This document shows positions 50,211-59,646 of a DNA stretch of 64,000 bases, piece after piece. The stretch covers positions 32,001-96,000 of the forward strand of contig OZ223510.1 in assembly GCA_965140785.1 (NCBI GenBank). The letters run 5' to 3'. The number at the start of each line of letters is the position of its first letter. Position 1 is the first letter of the stretch. The position numbers were made by a program, and so were the translations under genes. The notes beneath the pieces were generated by a model, which was given only the letters and a program-made list of their open reading frames with translations, did not search any database and had not been told where the DNA came from. The DNA comes from an uncultured Ruficoccus sp. Lineage in GTDB: Bacteria; Verrucomicrobiota; Verrucomicrobiia; Opitutales; Cerasicoccaceae.

Positions 50211-51868
50211 GGGGCAGGGGGGGAGTCGTCGAGGAAATGAATGGCTTCGGTGGAACTCTCATCAACCCGCAGCGACTGCTTGATCCCATGGTAACGATTA
50301 TTCCAAATTACCACGTTTCGGGCGGTCATCAAGTGGATGGCGCACTCGGAGTTATTGAAGTTGTTATCGGCGATGAGAATGTCTTCGTTAAGGGGCGTGT
50401 CGAATCCCGCGGAGTGGACGCCAATGCACCCGACGGTGCCATACCGGGGGAAAAACCCGCAGGTGTCGAAGTGGCAGCCCTTGATGAGGACATTGGTGGC
50501 GTGGCCACCCTCGGCATGGGTGGGCATTTCAGCTCCCAGCAGAATACCTGGGTTCATGGTGTTACGGTAGGTATTGTCGAGCAGGACAAGATTGTCGTAA
50601 CGGCTGAGATGACCGGTGCCGGCGATGTTCAGAAAGCTGGAGTTTCGGCACAGGTAGCGGTCGGCCTCCCAGCAGCGAGCCGCGCAGAGAGTGCCCACGA
50701 CGGCGATTTCCGGCATCGGCTGGTCGAATTTCACACGGTAGAGGTGACCGTGTTCAAATTTGCCCTCGCTTTCGGCCTCACTGACCGTGCGGACCAGTCG
50801 GGCCGCTCCGTCGTAAAATTCGAGGAGGCTACCGGACAGGATGGGGGCGTAGGTGTATTTCGCGTAGAAAATGGCTTCACGCGCAGAAAGTCGGCGGTGA
50901 AGCCAGAGCCAGTTACTGTGCATGTTTTGCCCGTCCATGCGTACGCCCTCGACGCTGAGGGCGTCGATATCGAGAATACCGCCGCATTTAAAAAGCTTCC
51001 AGGCGTCGCGCGGCCCGGTGAAAAGCGGTCCGTGGGCCGGACGAAACGTGATGCGTCGGGCGGTGATATTACGGCAGCTCTCGCTCACGAAGCAGAAGCC
51101 GTTGCTGTTAAAGGTGCGCAGGTTCTCCAAGCGCAGATCGTTGCAATGGCCGAGGTAAACTTGAAAATCTGTTTTGGCTCCCTGGTGCCAGGAGAGCAGC
51201 TCGCCGGGTTGGACTTTTGCTGCGACGGCGGGGCTGCGCAACGTGAAGCGATCCTGCTCGCTGCTTTCCCAGAGTGCATCGGCACCGTTGCCGTAGGTGA
51301 TGCTCTCGCCCCGCAGATTCTCCCCGCTGGCGTCGAAGCGGTTGGCGCAGTACAGGCCCATCCCCTCCCAGGCAGAGCAGCCGGGCAGAAGTTCCACCGT
51401 GAGACTGCCGGAATCCCGGTCTATGACCGTTCCGGCCGAGCTGAAGGCGGGTTCGCGGGTAAAGGCCAGGTTACACAGGGTCAGGCGTGGGCTATTTTCG
51501 CACCACAAAATCGAGGGGAGAAAGCTGTGGCGTTCCCCATCGTTCCACCCGATGAGCACGGTGGCGGGCTCGCCGTTTTCATCTACGGCCCCTTTCAGGG
51601 TCAGGTCGCCCAGGTTGTAAACGAGCAGGTGTGTGTCCTTATGCGGCTCCACGCCGCGGCTGCCGGCATCGTGAACGATGCCTTCGGTGCGGTGATTTGC
51701 GCTGCTGCGAAGCAGGTAGCGGCCTGGTTCGAAAACGATCGTGCGTGAGCCAGTACGCTGAGCCTCCAAAATGGCCCGCCGAATCCCCGCCGCCGAATCA
51801 GTATCTCCGGGGCTGGTGTAATCCCGTACGAGGACGGGGGCAGGTTCAGGTATGATCGATTTCGTCAT
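50207..51868 (-). CDS. Right-handed beta-helix protein, divergent GH110-like
   Basis: DSAAGIRRAI..IVFEPGRY; PRDAWK..EGVRMDGQNMHS; no signal peptide. Confidence 0.7.
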   Translation of the reverse strand: MTKSIIPEPAPVLVRDYTSPGDTDSAAGIRRAILEAQRTGSRTIVFEPGRYLLRSSANHRTEGIVHDAGSRGVEPHKDTHLLVYNLGDLTLKGAVDENGEPATVLIGWNDGERHSFLPSILWCENSPRLTLCNLAFTREPAFSSAGTVIDRDSGSLTVELLPGCSAWEGMGLYCANRFDASGENLRGESITYGNGADALWESSEQDRFTLRSPAVAAKVQPGELLSWHQGAKTDFQVYLGHCNDLRLENLRTFNSNGFCFVSESCRNITARRITFRPAHGPLFTGPRDAWKLFKCGGILDIDALSVEGVRMDGQNMHSNWLWLHRRLSAREAIFYAKYTYAPILSGSLLEFYDGAARLVRTVSEAESEGKFEHGHLYRVKFDQPMPEIAVVGTLCAARCWEADRYLCRNSSFLNIAGTGHLSRYDNLVLLDNTYRNTMNPGILLGAEMPTHAEGGHATNVLIKGCHFDTCGFFPRYGTVGCIGVHSAGFDTPLNEDILIADNNFNNSECAIHLMTARNVVIWNNRYHGIKQSLRVDESSTEAIHFLDDSPPAP

Positions 51869-51930
51869 AGGGCTGAGGCTACAAGGGGAAAACGGTTGCC
51901 CTTCGGCAATGTGTAGAATAAAGCTAATTT

Positions 51931-51945
51931 TTGCTCTATAAGCAA
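51931..51945. promoter_or_regulatory. Candidate IclR operator
   Basis: TTGCTCTATAAGCAA, 63 bp upstream of the 51868 start. Confidence 0.6.
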
Positions 51946-52267
51946 AAAAGTCAAGTTTTTATACGGCACAAATTCACGGGCACCGGGGTCATACGTGTGC
52001 TGGGGGAGGGCTCTCTATAAACCCGAAAAGTCCTTCCTTTGTTTCCTAAGTACCTGAAGATCAGTGTTACGCTTGTCGAAACTCAACCATGAGGAGACGC
52101 ATGTGTGGCTGGTGACTGCAACGAATCAAGCAGGTGCCCCCGATATATCCCGAGAGCGTGGCATTGCGTGCGCAATGCTGGCCGTTTTACTCCGCTTATC
52201 CACCGGAGACTTTCGTCAATCCCGGTATCAGCAGGACGGGAAGTGATTTGGATGTCAGGAGGCGTCG

Positions 52268-53107
52268 TCAAACGTCGGTTTGGTATCGCAGGCGATAAGA
52301 CTGGGGTGTCATGCCGGTTTTGCGCTTAAAAAAGCGGTGGAAATACTGGGAGCTTGAGAAGCCGCTCCTGTCTGCGATGTACGCGACCTTGTGATAAGTG
52401 AAGCAGAGTAAGTCACGAGCGCGGTTCAAGCGCATCTCGTCCTTGAGTTCGATGAAAGAGCGTCCGGTGACTTCTTTTATGATATGCGCAACCCGGGTGG
52501 CGGAAAGCCCCATGTGGCGGGCTAGCTCGGACAGGCCAGGGTTTTTATGCAGGTTTGTTTGCAAGTAGGCGTGTATGATTTCGGCGCGATAGGTGTCCGG
52601 GAACGCGCCAGCAAAGCGCGGTTTGGCCAGTTTGTCGGTCAAATAGGCCATAAGCATCTGAGCCAGCCCTGTCAGGCGACTTAAGTCGGAGGATGTCAGC
52701 AGCGGCAATGAGTCGGCTTGCGCTTTGGTGGTGCGAAACTGACCCACATACCCCACGCCTATCAGGGTTTCTTCCTGGAGTAGGGGGATGATGATCTCGT
52801 CGGCCCCGGCGTGACAGGTATGTGCAAATAGTTTCCTTTCCCGCTCGCAGCGAGCCGGCAACTGGCGTAAATCGCACGCTTTGCATTGTTCGTTGCGGGT
52901 GCGTTTGACCTCCAGGCAAAAAGCCGATGTATGCAGCATATGGCGCCCCAATACCCCGGAGAATGCAGTATCGTAGCGCAAACCCTGGTCGAAGACCTTC
53001 ACGCACACACGCATACCCGTTGCCTGCTGAAAGGCTTCAATGGCAAATTGGAATTCATCCGACTCCGTCGTGGGCTTGTTCCGCGAATGAGCGCGTTTTG
53101 ATGTCAT
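52268..53107 (-). CDS. AraC family regulator with PocR ligand-binding domain
   Basis: FCLEVK..CKACD..TCHAG..IPL..VGQ; GFSSSQYFHRFFKRKTGMTP. Confidence 0.9.
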   Translation of the reverse strand: MTSKRAHSRNKPTTESDEFQFAIEAFQQATGMRVCVKVFDQGLRYDTAFSGVLGRHMLHTSAFCLEVKRTRNEQCKACDLRQLPARCERERKLFAHTCHAGADEIIIPLLQEETLIGVGYVGQFRTTKAQADSLPLLTSSDLSRLTGLAQMLMAYLTDKLAKPRFAGAFPDTYRAEIIHAYLQTNLHKNPGLSELARHMGLSATRVAHIIKEVTGRSFIELKDEMRLNRARDLLCFTYHKVAYIADRSGFSSSQYFHRFFKRKTGMTPQSYRLRYQTDV

Positions 53108-53192
53108 AAGCGTGTGTATTTAGCCGATTATTGCACAATTATAGCCTTTTCGACCACTAGAAAGTGTTATCGGAAAGATTTATACTGATCCC

Positions 53193-56054
53193 ATGACAGC
53201 GCCTAACCCGACCGAAACCCCGTTCGTATCCATTTTCGAAACCGCTTACGACAGCATTGTTTGCGGTGGAGGCTTCATTGGCTTTGCCGCCGCCGAGAGC
53301 TTGGCTGCAAAGGGGAAGCGTGTGCTTCTGGTTGAAGCTTCTGGTGACCTCTTATGGGAGTCCACCCGGGCGCTGGAAAATCCAGTCAGCGGTTCGCAGC
53401 CCTCAAAATCATGGGAGACATGGCTTCAGCCCTTACGTGAACGGCGGGGCGCGGACGAAGACTGGTTTGATCCGGCCTTGGCGGAAATCCTGACGGCAAA
53501 GTCGCTGCAGGCGTCCGATGCTCCTTTTCAAGTTCTGCTCTATGCGGCCCCTGTCGCTGTGGAACAGCTAGATGGTGGCCTAGCGCGTCTCACGGTCGCG
53601 ACTAAGGCCGGCCCCCGCGCTCTGCGGGCAGCGCACTGGGTCGATGCTACGGAGGAGGGTGTCCTTGCCCGGCTTTGCGATCCGCAGCTTTCGGTCCGCA
53701 AGCCTCAGCATTCTTTCCGAAATCTCGTCTTGGAAGGGGTGCAGCCTGAGTCTTTTGCTTCCGTCTGGGACGCGCTGGTCTCCCGACATCCAGGCCTGGA
53801 GTATTTCCGGTCGCATCGTTCGGAGGAATGCCGCCTGCGCTGGACGGAGACGGTGGGCCCCTGGTATCGCAAGGCATTGGCCGTCGTTCAGGATATGCGG
53901 GAGCTTATCTCCGGCGGACCGGGAGCGGACTTTTGCGTCAGCCACTGCGCGATGCACGTGTTTTCCACTTATGGGGAGACCGAAGACGCCTGCCCCTCCA
54001 GCTCGCTGCCGGGTAATCTCCATCTCCTGAGTCCGGTGTTGGTGGGGCAGTCGCTTCAATCGCCCGCGGATCGTTACACACTGGGGGCATCCATCTCCGA
54101 CCAGATAAACGCATCTGCCGGGGAAGCACTCACGGACGAACCAGCCGTGCCGGTGGCTGAGTGGCCGGAAGCCCTCGATATCGGTGAGGCATATGATGTT
54201 GTTGTTGCCGGGGTAGGGACGGCTGGTGCTTTGGCCGCCCTGGCGGCTGGTCGGCAGGGGGCGCGCACGCTGGCCTTTGACCACAGCACGTACCCCGGAG
54301 GAGTCGGAACCGGGGGCGGCATCAACGGGTACTTCCACGGTGTGTCCGGGGGATTGCAGGATGAGGTAGACCAGCGAACCAGAGAGATCAGCCAGTGTTT
54401 TACCGGTCGGCCTTCGGGTCTCAACGGCTGGCACCATGAGGCTAAGAAGATCGCCCTGCTCGAAATGTTTGAGAGCGCCGGCGTCGATTTTCGCGGAGAT
54501 GTTTGGCTGGGAGATGTCGAACGTGATTCGTCGGGGTGGGTGAGTGCTGTTTACACTGTCCTCAACGGGCGTTGGATACGTATTCCTGGATGCGGCTTTG
54601 TCGATGGAACCGGTGATGGTGATCTCTGTGTCCGGGCCGGAGCAGCTTTTGTTTGTGGACGGGAGGGAGATGGGCGCACATTGGCGTACAGCCAGTCAGC
54701 CTTTTCCCTGGCCGGAAATGCGGATGGGCCGGTCGTTCGCTCTTGCAACTTCGACGCGGGTTGGGTGGATCCGACGGACCCAGAGGATCTGACGCGTGCG
54801 CGACTCCAGGGCATCGCCCAACATCTGCACACGCAAGCGACCCGGGAGGGCAATTGCCTGAGCCTTTCCCCCTTGATCGGCTTGCGTCAATCGCGCCAGA
54901 TCCAGACCTCTCGTGTATTGGCTTTTGACGACATTGTCGAGGGCCGCAGGTTTGCTGATGCCATCGGCGTGACCAAGGGAGTCGCCGATACCCACTCCGT
55001 GGATTTCGAATTTGAAAGCGATGGACTGGCATTCTACTATTGGACGTGTCGCGGATTCCGGGTAACGCTCAAGTGTGACTTGCCGTATGGCATGCTGCTT
55101 CCGGAAGGCCTCCAAAACGTATGGGTTCCCTGCCGGGCCGCCGGGCTGGAGGTCAGCGCCGCCTATGGCATGCGCATGCAGCGCGATATGCAACGACTGG
55201 GGGAGGCTGCCGGCGTTGCTGCCGCCCTTGCCTCCACTACGCATGCCGGCTCCCGTGAAATCGATCTTGCCACGCTACAAGCGGCATTGCGGAAAAGCGG
55301 CGCACTTTCGGACACGCCGGAAGCTTCGGAATCAACCGCCGATGCCAATGATTGGCTGGAGGCGCTGGATGAAGGCAAGCCGGGCATACACCTGTGGCAC
55401 CTGAGCCGGGACAGCGCGGCCTATCGTGAGGCTGTCCTTAAGCGCCTGAACGCGCCAACGCCGAACACTTCCTTCTATGCCGCCGCTATTCTCGCGCAAT
55501 GGGGAGATTTTCGGGCCGAGCCGCGTCTCATCCGGGCGGTCAATGAGCGTGAGAGGGGGCCCAGCCCGAAGGACTATCCGGTGTCTGGCGCTCACGGTCA
55601 GTGCATTGACATACCCTTCTGGTTGCAGGCGGTTGTCCTGTTGCGTCAGGTCGGTGGGGATGAATGCCTGGATGCTTTGCACGCGTTGGCCGCAGAAGCG
55701 GCCCTGCCTTATAACGTCAAGACCACGCTGGCCATGACGCTGGAGCGCCTGGCTGTAAGCACGCGTAAGCACGAAGCGTTTCAGCCAATGCTGGAGCTAC
55801 TCGAACGGCACCTCGGAGACAGTGTTCTGCCACCTTCTTTTTCTCTTTGGCACATCCTTTACGGGGAACCGCAGAAAAAACTCAAGAGCGACTACGGAAC
55901 GGATACTGCGCAGGATCAGCGGTGGCAGTTGGAGTTGGTTTTAACACGGGTTCGCCGGAGGCTGGGGATTCCTGTGCACGCCAGCTCGTCTCAAAAATAC
56001 TCTCAGGACCAGCGGGCGCTTGTTCGTGAAGCCTTCTCTGCAGCACAGTCATAA
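53193..56054 (+). CDS. FAD-dependent oxidoreductase with duplicated FAD module and helical C-terminus
   Basis: YDSIVCGGGFIG and YDVVVAGVGTAG; VDATEEG and VDGTGDGD; LPYGMLLP, RMQRDMQRLGEAAG. Confidence 0.85.
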   Translation: MTAPNPTETPFVSIFETAYDSIVCGGGFIGFAAAESLAAKGKRVLLVEASGDLLWESTRALENPVSGSQPSKSWETWLQPLRERRGADEDWFDPALAEILTAKSLQASDAPFQVLLYAAPVAVEQLDGGLARLTVATKAGPRALRAAHWVDATEEGVLARLCDPQLSVRKPQHSFRNLVLEGVQPESFASVWDALVSRHPGLEYFRSHRSEECRLRWTETVGPWYRKALAVVQDMRELISGGPGADFCVSHCAMHVFSTYGETEDACPSSSLPGNLHLLSPVLVGQSLQSPADRYTLGASISDQINASAGEALTDEPAVPVAEWPEALDIGEAYDVVVAGVGTAGALAALAAGRQGARTLAFDHSTYPGGVGTGGGINGYFHGVSGGLQDEVDQRTREISQCFTGRPSGLNGWHHEAKKIALLEMFESAGVDFRGDVWLGDVERDSSGWVSAVYTVLNGRWIRIPGCGFVDGTGDGDLCVRAGAAFVCGREGDGRTLAYSQSAFSLAGNADGPVVRSCNFDAGWVDPTDPEDLTRARLQGIAQHLHTQATREGNCLSLSPLIGLRQSRQIQTSRVLAFDDIVEGRRFADAIGVTKGVADTHSVDFEFESDGLAFYYWTCRGFRVTLKCDLPYGMLLPEGLQNVWVPCRAAGLEVSAAYGMRMQRDMQRLGEAAGVAAALASTTHAGSREIDLATLQAALRKSGALSDTPEASESTADANDWLEALDEGKPGIHLWHLSRDSAAYREAVLKRLNAPTPNTSFYAAAILAQWGDFRAEPRLIRAVNERERGPSPKDYPVSGAHGQCIDIPFWLQAVVLLRQVGGDECLDALHALAAEAALPYNVKTTLAMTLERLAVSTRKHEAFQPMLELLERHLGDSVLPPSFSLWHILYGEPQKKLKSDYGTDTAQDQRWQLELVLTRVRRRLGIPVHASSSQKYSQDQRALVREAFSAAQS

Positions 56055-56082
56055 CCCCCCCCTAAAAGCACGGGCTCGTACC

Positions 56083-57408
56083 ATGAATCTTTTTCTGGAC
56101 CGTCATTTTCCTCGTTACGCTGCCGAGCCTTTGTTGGTTCCTGCCTGGTGCCTGACGCCCGAAAGTGGGCACTGTACGCACCGCTTCTTTGATACATCCG
56201 CCATCAGTCCTTCCGGACGGTATGTGGCTGTCCTCCGGTTGCCCTTTGAAGATCGCCTTCCTTGCCCCGGTGATGTCGCCCACATCCTACTCATCGATCT
56301 GAAAACGGGTAAGGAGAGCACGGTGGCGGACACCCGTGGTTGGGAGCATCAACTCGGAGCGAACCTTAACTGGGGTGGTTCCGATCACGAGCTGTTCTTT
56401 AACGATGTGGATACCGCTATCTGGACACCTTTTGCCTGGAAACTTGATCCGCTTACCGGACGCAAACAGCGCATGGCGGGCACCGTCTATCACGCCTCCC
56501 GAGACGGACGCTGGCTTATCTCGGCCAATCTGGTCACCACCCGCAAAACTCAGCGTGGCTACGGAGTCTGTATCCCCGACGGTGAGCTGCCGCCCCGGCG
56601 CATCGGTCCCTGCGAAGGCGATGGGTTCTGGATGACTGACACACGCACCGGAGCGAAACACCTTCTCATCTCCCTGCGTACGATCTTTGACCGCCTGGGA
56701 GCGGAACTGTCCAAGACCGGCGTCGATGCCGAGCGCAGCGAAATTATCGGATTCCATTCCAAATTCAATCCCCAGGGAGACGCTCTCATGTTGAGCCTGC
56801 GCTGGTTTCCTGCGGGTGAGGAAGCGGGATGGGACATGTTTATCAAGAACTATGCGGCGATTCAATTCGCCTGGGTCACGGTGCGTATTGATCCGGAAAC
56901 CGGCGAGGCGGACCTTTCTACGCTTCATTGCGCGACCGGTCCTGATCTCTGGAAGAATCCGGGGCATCACGCCACGTGGTTTCCCGACGGGCGTCGCCTA
57001 TCACAGAACCTGGCTATTCGCGGCGCGGATGACGGTTTGCGTTTTGTGCAGGTTGATGAGGATGGCTCCGGTTTGGGCATTATTCCCGGGACGGAAAAAC
57101 TGGCTGGTTCGGGACATCCGACCCTGCACCCGGACGGCTGCCATCTTCTCACGGATACCTATCCCAATGAGCCCGTTGCATATGGGGACGGTACGGTTCC
57201 CCTGCGCTGGATCGATCTGCGCACCGGGGAGGAAAAGCACATCGCTCGCGTTAATGCCCGTAACCCGGCCGCTGCCACGCACACGTCTCTGCGTTGCGAC
57301 CCTCATCCCGCCTGGGACCGTACGCATCGCTATATCGTCTTCAACGGAATGGAGGGAGACGTGCGGAGGGTTTATCTCGCGGATATGGCAGCTCTCCTGG
57401 ATGCTTGA
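56083..57408 (+). CDS. TolB-like beta-propeller protein (homolog of the 4911 gene)
   Basis: Motifs HRFFDTSAISPSGR, WEHQLGA, GHPTLHPD, TDTYP, RCDPHPAWD. Confidence 0.7.
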   Translation: MNLFLDRHFPRYAAEPLLVPAWCLTPESGHCTHRFFDTSAISPSGRYVAVLRLPFEDRLPCPGDVAHILLIDLKTGKESTVADTRGWEHQLGANLNWGGSDHELFFNDVDTAIWTPFAWKLDPLTGRKQRMAGTVYHASRDGRWLISANLVTTRKTQRGYGVCIPDGELPPRRIGPCEGDGFWMTDTRTGAKHLLISLRTIFDRLGAELSKTGVDAERSEIIGFHSKFNPQGDALMLSLRWFPAGEEAGWDMFIKNYAAIQFAWVTVRIDPETGEADLSTLHCATGPDLWKNPGHHATWFPDGRRLSQNLAIRGADDGLRFVQVDEDGSGLGIIPGTEKLAGSGHPTLHPDGCHLLTDTYPNEPVAYGDGTVPLRWIDLRTGEEKHIARVNARNPAAATHTSLRCDPHPAWDRTHRYIVFNGMEGDVRRVYLADMAALLDA

Positions 57409-57590
57409 TCCTACGCAGGCTCGCAAACGAGCCAGGATCAAGCCTGCCCGTTTTTGTAATCGCTTGCGAGCCCGCTTGATAAAAGCGAAAGAGCTCTACA
57501 ACTCACCTCTGCGGGTTTCGAGTTGCTGACGAATCCCCCGCTTTTTCCAGCGTCAAATTGTTAGTGGTAATGAAGTGCGCATTCCGAACC

Positions 57591-58679
57591 TTATTGCCGG
57601 GGAGCGGCGCACGAATTGCGCTCTATGACTTTGACAGGTAGCGTGGTAATGCTCGTCTCCGCGCTGACTTCACCTGTGGTGATTTGCCGATCGATTGTCT
57701 TGATGGCCGTTTGTCCCATCTCACAGAGCGGGAAATGGACGGTACTCAAAGTCGGGTGGTGGGTGGTGGCGCAAGGCTCGTCATTACACCCCATGATCGA
57801 AACATCCTTCGGTATGTTGAGGCCCTGTGTTTGCAGATACCCGGAAATTACTGTCGCCGCAGGATCGTGGAAGCAGAGAATCGCGGTGGGCGGCTTGGGA
57901 AGATTCATCAAATGATCGGCCACGGTGGTGAGGCTTTCACGCGAGAATTCCCCCTGGTGAGACTCACAGTGGCAGATGTACTCCGTGCGCATGGGCAGGT
58001 TGCATTCCTGCATCCCCATGGCGAACCCACGCTCCATTTGTGCCATGTTGTAGAGCCCTTCGCCGAGTGGTCCGGTGATGTAGGCGATACGCTCGTGGCC
58101 GAGGCTATTGAGGTAATGGACGGATTGCCGGGTCGCATCAATATAGTCGGGAATGATGCAGTGTGCGCCCGGTATATCAATAACGTGACCAAGATAGATG
58201 AAGGGGAGGCCGGCGTTGATGGCGTACCGTACCAAGCTTGCATTGGGGGCGCTCGCGGCGATGAAGCGCGTGCAGGACCCGTCGGTCATCGGCTTGGGGA
58301 GCTTCTCGGGTTCTTGGGTGTAGTCTGTGCGAGGGGAAAAGAGCGCATATACGACCGACTGATTCTGATGATTGAGGGTCGTGATGATCCCGCTGAGCAT
58401 TTTGCCGAAGTATTCGTGCTGCGTCCCTTGAGGGACGTCGCTGTTGAGCAGGAAGCAGATGTTGCCTTGCTCCGGGTAAAGGCGGCGCATGGCGTATTCG
58501 CTCTTCGGCTGATAATTAAGACGGCGACAGGCTTCGATGATGCGTGCCTGGGTGTCTGCTCCTACCCGGATGCCATATTCCCTGTTATTCAGGAAGGAGG
58601 ATATCGCGCTGACCGAGACATTCGCTTCCCTGGAAATTTGGGACATGGTGATCTTGATAGCGGGTGATTTAGGTGGCAT
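57591..58679 (-). CDS. LacI family transcriptional regulator
   Basis: ITMSQISREANVSVSAIS; LGHERIAYI; PTAILCFHD; IPKDVSIMG; PTLSTV. Confidence 0.93.
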   Translation of the reverse strand: MPPKSPAIKITMSQISREANVSVSAISSFLNNREYGIRVGADTQARIIEACRRLNYQPKSEYAMRRLYPEQGNICFLLNSDVPQGTQHEYFGKMLSGIITTLNHQNQSVVYALFSPRTDYTQEPEKLPKPMTDGSCTRFIAASAPNASLVRYAINAGLPFIYLGHVIDIPGAHCIIPDYIDATRQSVHYLNSLGHERIAYITGPLGEGLYNMAQMERGFAMGMQECNLPMRTEYICHCESHQGEFSRESLTTVADHLMNLPKPPTAILCFHDPAATVISGYLQTQGLNIPKDVSIMGCNDEPCATTHHPTLSTVHFPLCEMGQTAIKTIDRQITTGEVSAETSITTLPVKVIERNSCAAPRQ

Positions 58680-58862
58680 GATAAAAATATTACTTAAAGT
58701 ATCGGTGATTTATCGCTTTAATAATCTACGCTTTATCTGTTTGGTATAAAAATCATATGATAAAACTTGTGTAAATGATAAAATTTTTATTTTCACCTTG
58801 ACTCTTTCCTTTCTTTGAGGGATTGATGGGGGCACGTTGCTAATCCTCAACTCAAGGAAGAT

Positions 58863-59636
58863 ATGAAAACCTCTCGTTTGTTTTTGCGCCCGGCCATGTT
58901 TGGCTTGGGCATGCTTACCGCCGCAGCCTCAATGTCACTCGCACAGACGACTGTCTATGAGTTCGATACTCCCAGCGCGGATACCTACGTTTTAAATTCC
59001 ACGCCCAATGAGAACTATGGCACGTCTGAAAGCATGTGGGTGCGTCATAGTGACAGTACCAACTATTCACGTTTGTCCTACGTAAAGTTTGCGTTGACCG
59101 GAGAGGGTATCTTGTCGAACCAGGTGCAGGACGCAGAGATTACGTTTACGCTGATAGGCATGAATAGCTCCCGTACCACGAGTACGATGCAGGTTTATGG
59201 CTTGAGTCAGGAGTATCAGTCGGGCTTAGGGCAGGACTGGGGCGAGACGGATCTGACTGCGGCAAATGCCCCCTGGAATCCGGTCGATTCGAGCCCGCCG
59301 AGCTATGCGGTGTTGCTGGGCGAATTCTCCGTCCCTGATACGGCGGCGCCTGGTACAGCGTACACGCTTTCAGGGCAGGACTTGGCCGATTTTCTTAACG
59401 ATTCGATTGCGTCACTGACTACGGAGAGTCCTTATGTGACTTTCATGCTTTTTGAAAAAGAAGTGAATCAGCCGTCCTACTGGGCGACGAAGGAGAACAC
59501 GGACGGCTATAACCCGACTTCCCTGACGATCACCTCGAGCATCCCTGAGCCCGGCACAATGGCACTGCTGTTGGGTGCCGGTGTCTTCAGCGTTGCGCTG
59601 TTGATCAAGCGCCGTCGCAACACCTGCCAACGCTAA
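58863..59636 (+). CDS. PEP-CTERM protein with DNRLRE/CBM96-like domain
   Basis: ADTYV..NYG..RLSYVKF..WGETDLTAANAP..ATKE; C-terminal IPEPGTMALLLGAG..KRRR. Confidence 0.88.
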   Translation: MKTSRLFLRPAMFGLGMLTAAASMSLAQTTVYEFDTPSADTYVLNSTPNENYGTSESMWVRHSDSTNYSRLSYVKFALTGEGILSNQVQDAEITFTLIGMNSSRTTSTMQVYGLSQEYQSGLGQDWGETDLTAANAPWNPVDSSPPSYAVLLGEFSVPDTAAPGTAYTLSGQDLADFLNDSIASLTTESPYVTFMLFEKEVNQPSYWATKENTDGYNPTSLTITSSIPEPGTMALLLGAGVFSVALLIKRRRNTCQR

Positions 59637-59646
59637 TCACTGGCTG

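Noticed and set aside
51950..52267. Short ORFs and the hairpin gcattgcg-tg-cgcaatgc in the long intergenic region
   Set aside because: No supporting motif; possibly a terminator or decayed DNA.
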